Positions 59,429 to 64,000 of a stretch of 64,000 nt of DNA are shown here, one piece after another (the first letter of the stretch is position 1; every line of letters begins with the position of its first letter). The stretch spans positions 45,000 to 108,999 of the forward strand of contig JAQCLD010000002.1 of NCBI GenBank assembly GCA_027592785.1, in the 5' to 3' direction. The notes below the pieces were generated by a model that was not told the origin of the DNA, searched no databases, and saw only the letters and a program-made list of their open reading frames with translations. Origin of the DNA: Acidobacteriota bacterium. GTDB taxonomy: Bacteria > Acidobacteriota > Terriglobia > Bryobacterales > UBA6623. The position numbers and the translations under genes are program-made.

Positions 59429-61183
59429 ATGCCGTTCGAACTCCACGAGGATGCCGAGATCCAGGCGCTTGCCCGGCTCCTCGATCCCCAAGCCGCCGAA
59501 GACCGGTGTTGCGTCATCCTTTCTGGCAGCCCAGATGGCGGCAGGGAATCCTTGCTCGATGCGGCGGTCAACCATCTCCGCGGCAGTGGCCAATCCGTAC
59601 TTTATTCCCGTATCGATCTCGATGGATTCGAACCCGATGTCGTATCGCCCCAGGAGTACGCGAAATACCTCAGCTCGAAAGCTCGCGACGGCCATATTGA
59701 CCAGGCCGTTGAGGCTCTGGCTGCGGGACTGGCCTCCGACACCGCCCTGCGCGCCGAGCCGCTCGCTCTTCTGGCCCTAGCAGCCGGCCGCGACGAACAA
59801 TCCGAGGCCCTGGTCGCTCTTGCCGACGAGGCCCTTGAGCAGGGAGGCGTCTGCTGGGACAAGCTCGCTCCGAACCCTGATCAGGCGGTCGTCATCCATC
59901 TCGACGACTCTTCCCATCTGCCCGCTCTGGTGCGCGCGGCGATTCTCGATCTGGAGATTCCCGGACTGACGGTCGCCATTTCCTGCTATTCAATTCAAGA
60001 CTCCAGAGAGGTCGTAGGCAAGCGCTCCGCCGCGCGCTTTGAACTCATGCCGATGGATGAAGGCGAAGTCCGCTTTTGGTTGAGAGAGCGAGTGGGCGAG
60101 ACCGCTGCCGGAAACGCTGCTGCCGCCTACGACGCTTGCCGCGGCTCGCGCGGCGTGCTTGGGCTGCTCGCCGCGGAAGGCGAGTGGAACGCTCCACTCA
60201 CTCCGGCGCAGTTGTTAGACCGCCTGACAGCCTCGTGCGATGAAGACCGTCAAAAGACCGTGCGAGCCTTCCTCGTCCACGCTGCATTGTGCGGCGAAAA
60301 TGTGCCGGTTCGGACCATTCTCGAGTATCTCGGCGTTGACGCCGCCGAAATCGACGATTGGACCGATCTCATCGACGAGACGGTCGGCGAAGATTCGGAA
60401 GCCCGCCTATTCGGAAGCCGATTCCAACACCCCAGCTTCCCCGGCGAGATCGTCTATGGGTTCCGCGAACCGGCTTCGAGGGAACGCCTACGGCTTGCTG
60501 CGCCGGACGACTCCCGCCGTCGCGTGGCGCAACAGTTCGCCGCTTGGCTCTTCCAAAACCGTCCGACAACTACGCGTGCCGCCGCTCGGCTCTTGGCCGA
60601 ACTGTGTTTCCTCGGCGGCATCGACGGCGACCGGCAAGCCCTCGAACGCGAACTGGCGTGGTGGGCAGGCGATGCCGACCTCGATGCCTTGCGCGGACTG
60701 CTGATCGAAGAACGCCGCCCCATGAATGAGATCTGGACCGCGGTGAACGCCGTTCAAACGCACTGGCCGCCGCAACGCGTGCTTGTCCTGCTCGATGTCG
60801 CTAAACAGCTAGGAGTCGACAAGCAATCCGAGAGCGCGCTCTACACGGTACGTGCAGGCCTGCTGCTGAGGCTGCAGCGCTTTGAAGAAGCGTGCGATTC
60901 CGCCGATGCAGCCCTCGCCGCCGCGGGCGCCGACCAACTGCTCCAGAGCGTACTTCTTGAGCAGCGAGGCAGCGCACGTCGGGCTCTGGGCAGAGACGCC
61001 GAAGCCTTCGCTGACTTTGAGCGTTGCCGCGCTCTGCGTCTCGAACTTCTCACTGCCGGCGATGGCCGCGTCATTCCCCTGCTGCAACGCAGTCTCGACT
61101 TGCTGCGGCAAGGCGGCCGAACCGAAGAAGCGGCTGTCGTCGAGCAGGCTATTGCCGACCACACCGCGCGAACCGCGGTCTAA
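59429..61183 (+). CDS. STAND/AAA-like protein with degenerate P-loop and C-terminal helical (TPR-like) repeats
   Basis: ATG 59429 is preceded by GGGAG. The Walker-A-like VILSGSPDGGRESLL has R-E where G-K-S/T is expected. The Walker-B-like VVIHLDDSSHL is present. The ELMPMDEGEVRFWL arm and C-terminal alpha-repeats follow. Confidence 0.55.
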   Translation: MPFELHEDAEIQALARLLDPQAAEDRCCVILSGSPDGGRESLLDAAVNHLRGSGQSVLYSRIDLDGFEPDVVSPQEYAKYLSSKARDGHIDQAVEALAAGLASDTALRAEPLALLALAAGRDEQSEALVALADEALEQGGVCWDKLAPNPDQAVVIHLDDSSHLPALVRAAILDLEIPGLTVAISCYSIQDSREVVGKRSAARFELMPMDEGEVRFWLRERVGETAAGNAAAAYDACRGSRGVLGLLAAEGEWNAPLTPAQLLDRLTASCDEDRQKTVRAFLVHAALCGENVPVRTILEYLGVDAAEIDDWTDLIDETVGEDSEARLFGSRFQHPSFPGEIVYGFREPASRERLRLAAPDDSRRRVAQQFAAWLFQNRPTTTRAAARLLAELCFLGGIDGDRQALERELAWWAGDADLDALRGLLIEERRPMNEIWTAVNAVQTHWPPQRVLVLLDVAKQLGVDKQSESALYTVRAGLLLRLQRFEEACDSADAALAAAGADQLLQSVLLEQRGSARRALGRDAEAFADFERCRALRLELLTAGDGRVIPLLQRSLDLLRQGGRTEEAAVVEQAIADHTARTAV

Positions 61184-61707
61184 GGCTCGACTTTCGGCGG
61201 GCGGTTGGGGTCCTGCAAGTAGCGATAAAAGCCCAAATCCTCGCCGCTAACGTTCTTCGCGACCCAAATGATCTGGCCGGTATGTCCCGAGAAGTGCTCC
61301 ACGCAGTGATAGATCGCCTGCATCAGCGTCACCTCGAATACCTGTATGCGGCGCTTTTCCAGCAGGTCGAGCCTTTCCGCTGCCGCCAGCGTGGAATCCG
61401 CTTCCTCAAGCGTCTCCCTCAATCGCGCTAGCAGTGTCTCCGGCGCAATCGATTCTCGCTGTGCGAACTCCGCGTCCCGGTCGCGATCGTCCGCGACGCC
61501 GCCCACGCCGGAGATGATCCACTGCCGCACATTGCCCGCCAGGTGCAGAAGCAAGTTGCCGATCGAATTCTCGTGCTCATGCTTGCGAGTCCAGACTTGC
61601 TCCGCCGTGAGCTTGGCCACCGCCTTTTCGATCTTCGCTAAATTCGTTTGGAATTCCCGGCGCGAAACACGCAGGAATTCGTGAGTCAATGCGGCCTCTG
61701 TTGCCAT
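61180..61707 (-). CDS. DinB-family (DUF1572-like) four-helix-bundle metalloprotein
   Basis: His triad context: IGNLLLHLAGN...........H......H..GH.GQI. Confidence 0.75.
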   Translation of the reverse strand: MATEAALTHEFLRVSRREFQTNLAKIEKAVAKLTAEQVWTRKHEHENSIGNLLLHLAGNVRQWIISGVGGVADDRDRDAEFAQRESIAPETLLARLRETLEEADSTLAAAERLDLLEKRRIQVFEVTLMQAIYHCVEHFSGHTGQIIWVAKNVSGEDLGFYRYLQDPNRPPKVEP

Positions 61708-61817
61708 GTGAAACAGCTTAACTCCGAAACGCCTTTGTGTCTGCTTCGCCCGTTTCCGCGCGCCGCCAGGCGTGGCGCGGCGCTATGCTCATGTCTGCGC
61801 AGGAGCCGCTATCCATC

Positions 61818-62918
61818 ATGAAACCAAGTCTATTCTTCAGAACTGTTGTACTGGGCGCGTTGGCCGCGGCCGTTGCCCTCCCCCTCGCCGCTCAGAATAT
61901 TCCCGAGCCGCTCAGTGTGCCCGCGCCCGGTCCCCAGACCGACGCCCCCTACGCGCCGCTGGCCATCCTGCCCGGCGGCATCGTCATGCCGCTCTATCCT
62001 CCGGACTCCCCTTACCTCAACCACGAGCGCGTCGCGGAGCCCGAGAAATACAACATGACCAACGGCACGCCCGGCCGCATTAAAAGCATCGTCAACATCC
62101 ACAATCCGTCCATCGAATTCCATACCGTCGGCGGCAATAGAAATAACGGTTCAGCGGTCATCCTCGTGGCGGGCGGCGGGCACCGTACGCTCAATGTCGG
62201 CACTGAGAGCGGCGACTTCGTGCCTTTCTTTTACAACCTCGGGGTCAATACGATCATTCTTCGCAACCGCCTGCGCAGCGACGGCTACGAGCCGCGCACG
62301 GACGCTGTCCGCGACGCTCTGCAGGCAATCCGCCTTGTGCGCAAGCATGCCGAGGCTTTTGGCATCGATCCCAGTAAGATCGGCATCATGGGATTTTCCG
62401 CCGGCGCCGAGCTTTCCGCTCCGGCTGCTGTCGCGTTCAAAGCCTTCGACGAGCAGAACAACGATCCGAGCGATCCGCTTGCCGGCGTGACTTCCAGGCC
62501 CGACTGGACCGGCGTCATCTACCCCGGCCCGACGCCATTCGCCCGCGGCGAGAACCCCGAAATCCCCCGCAACGTGCCGCCCGCCTTCATCGCAACGTCT
62601 GGCTCCGGCGACCGCATCCACGCGATTTGGGCCATGGAGTACTTCGATGCGATGCTCAAGCTCGGAGTCCCGAATATCGAGATGCATATCTACGGCAACG
62701 GCCCGCATGCAGGCGGCTTGACGGATCGTTCGGGAACTCCGTTCGGAACCTGGCACCTGCGCTTGATCGACTGGTACCGCGACCTCGGTTTTCTGCAGCC
62801 CCCCGGAGTCGTAACCAAAGCTGCGCGCGACTCCGAGGAGTTCGTCAATCAGCCGCCCCCAGCTCCGCGCCGTCTTCGCGGCGGTCAAAATCGTCCTACG
62901 GTGACGCCGCGCAATTAG
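61818..62918 (+). CDS. secreted alpha/beta hydrolase (esterase/xylanase-type)
   Basis: ATG 61818 gives the signal peptide MKPSLFFRTVVLGALAAAVALPLAAQ. The nucleophile elbow GFSAGA and a late His (GPHAGG) are present. Confidence 0.78.
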   Translation: MKPSLFFRTVVLGALAAAVALPLAAQNIPEPLSVPAPGPQTDAPYAPLAILPGGIVMPLYPPDSPYLNHERVAEPEKYNMTNGTPGRIKSIVNIHNPSIEFHTVGGNRNNGSAVILVAGGGHRTLNVGTESGDFVPFFYNLGVNTIILRNRLRSDGYEPRTDAVRDALQAIRLVRKHAEAFGIDPSKIGIMGFSAGAELSAPAAVAFKAFDEQNNDPSDPLAGVTSRPDWTGVIYPGPTPFARGENPEIPRNVPPAFIATSGSGDRIHAIWAMEYFDAMLKLGVPNIEMHIYGNGPHAGGLTDRSGTPFGTWHLRLIDWYRDLGFLQPPGVVTKAARDSEEFVNQPPPAPRRLRGGQNRPTVTPRN

Positions 62919-62922
62919 GTCC

Positions 62923-62953
62923 ATCACGGAGGCAAGGCCCATTTGCCGCCGTG
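62923..62953. terminator. hairpin between convergent genes (possible bidirectional terminator)
   Basis: TCACGGAGGCAA (62923-62934) pairs with TTGCCGCCGTGA (62942-62953): 12 bp with one mismatch and a 7 nt loop. No clear U-tract on either strand. Confidence 0.3.
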
Positions 62954-62957
62954 ACTC

Positions 62958-63983
62958 CTACAGCTTCAAGTACCAATTCTTCAGAACGTCCATCGCAGGC
63001 TTGCCCCAAGGAGCGTGCGCGCCATTCCGGCCCTGCTGGCTCATCCCGTTGGTGCCGACCTTCCACCAGAACATCCCCTGCAGCCAGGGCTTGTCGTGGA
63101 AGCCCCGAAAGATCGCCTCGTATCCTTCTGCCTGAGCTTCCGCCGAATACGCGCCTCCCGGCTCGTCTTCCCAGGGTTGCCGGTGTGTTCCCTCGTAACT
63201 GGAAAACCCCACTTCCGTAAAAATCACCGGCTTCCCAAATCGCCGGTAGACGGTTTCAATCCGCTGCGCACTCGCCGCCGTGGATAAATCGTCCGGCAGG
63301 GGGTAATAATTATCCAGGCCAACGTAGTCCAACTCATCCCAAAACCCAACCGACTCGAACTCTTCGCCAAAGTTGGCGGCGTAGGTAAGCGGCCCCGAGT
63401 AGTGCCTCCTGGCTAGCCGGATCAACTCTCTCCAGCGCTCTTCGTGCCGCGTCAGCTTGGCGAACTCCACTCCAACGCAAAACAGGTCTGCATGAGTCTC
63501 TTCCGCCAACTCCGCATAGTGCGCAACCAGCTCTCCGTATCGCCTGAAAAACGCATCCAACTGCTCGTCGGTTTGCAGATCCTGCTCGCCCGGATAGCCC
63601 CCTCGGTACCAAACTTGCGGCTTGAGGATGACTCTTAGCCCGGCCTCATGCGCCGCCTGGCTGATCCGCCGTATCCCCTCATCCTTTTCCATGCCGAGCG
63701 GGAAGCGCAGTTCCGGCGAACCAAGCCGGGCCCCCGCATAGGGCACCAGCGCAACTGCGTTGATTCCGAAGGCCGGCAGTTTGCGGAGTGTTTCCAAGGA
63801 CTCATCCGAATCGTAAGGAGCGGGCCTTTCCGCCGTGAAGTTCACGCCTTTGAAAAACGATTCATGACGCGCAACCGGCTCCCGCAACGCTTCCACGACC
63901 GGCTGAGTGCTTTGGCAGCCCAGCATCGCTGCTGCCGCGTAAAAAGCGGCGACACGCCGTCCCCAACTCGGTCGACTGCTCAT
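62958..63983 (-). CDS. TIM-barrel glycoside hydrolase lipoprotein (clan GH-A-like)
   Basis: Lipobox AAMLGCQ. Candidate acid/base (CVGVEF) and nucleophile (VIFTEVGF) strands are spaced as in GH-A barrels. The family is not resolved. Confidence 0.6.
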   Translation of the reverse strand: MSSRPSWGRRVAAFYAAAAMLGCQSTQPVVEALREPVARHESFFKGVNFTAERPAPYDSDESLETLRKLPAFGINAVALVPYAGARLGSPELRFPLGMEKDEGIRRISQAAHEAGLRVILKPQVWYRGGYPGEQDLQTDEQLDAFFRRYGELVAHYAELAEETHADLFCVGVEFAKLTRHEERWRELIRLARRHYSGPLTYAANFGEEFESVGFWDELDYVGLDNYYPLPDDLSTAASAQRIETVYRRFGKPVIFTEVGFSSYEGTHRQPWEDEPGGAYSAEAQAEGYEAIFRGFHDKPWLQGMFWWKVGTNGMSQQGRNGAHAPWGKPAMDVLKNWYLKL

Positions 63984-64000
63984 CCTTCGAGCCTTAGTAT

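Overview
This is a GC-rich bacterial chromosomal segment that is densely coding and looks like core genome rather than an island. I found no transposase, integrase, phage genes, CRISPR array, rRNA or tRNA. Gene content suggests Acidobacteriota, of the Solibacter/Bryobacter type. The evidence is a PadR regulator followed by an ADOP-type duplicated FtsX permease, a tandem pair of secreted VWA proteins, and many secreted TPR proteins; these family assignments are from memory. Recognisable housekeeping blocks on the minus strand are: carA(partial)-lepB; pyrG; ffh-rpsP-KH-rimM-trmD-rplS-rnhB; lpxC; rnc; and lpdA-lipB-E2. On the plus strand are ffs(SRP RNA)-dnaX-ybaB-recR. Also present are bshC, hemW, ltaE, pyrE, and ABC, MFS, MATE and Kef transporters. 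One RNA gene missing from the ORF track is visible by eye: a small SRP (4.5S-like) RNA at about 33405-33505, just upstream of dnaX. The best candidate for an uncharacterised system is a tightly packed five-gene minus-strand operon at 36228-42388. It encodes a polytopic membrane protein, a processive GT2 synthase, a TVP38/DedA::DUF547 fusion, a MerA-like flavoprotein disulfide reductase, and a second small GT2. An Hpt plus receiver-diguanylate-cyclase pair lies just upstream on the opposite strand. The synthase gene carries an in-frame TAG after codon 34. Secondary candidates are a secreted RraA-like / CBM9-like / di-haem cytochrome c-PQQ propeller operon (5015-8967) and a plus-strand cluster at 56601-61183. 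That cluster encodes an FGE-AMIN fusion, a short OYE, pyrE, and a STAND-like protein with a degenerate P-loop. A DapA-fold protein lacking the catalytic residues and a UvrC N-terminal-half homolog are also noted. All functional calls rest on motif recognition by eye; no searches were run.
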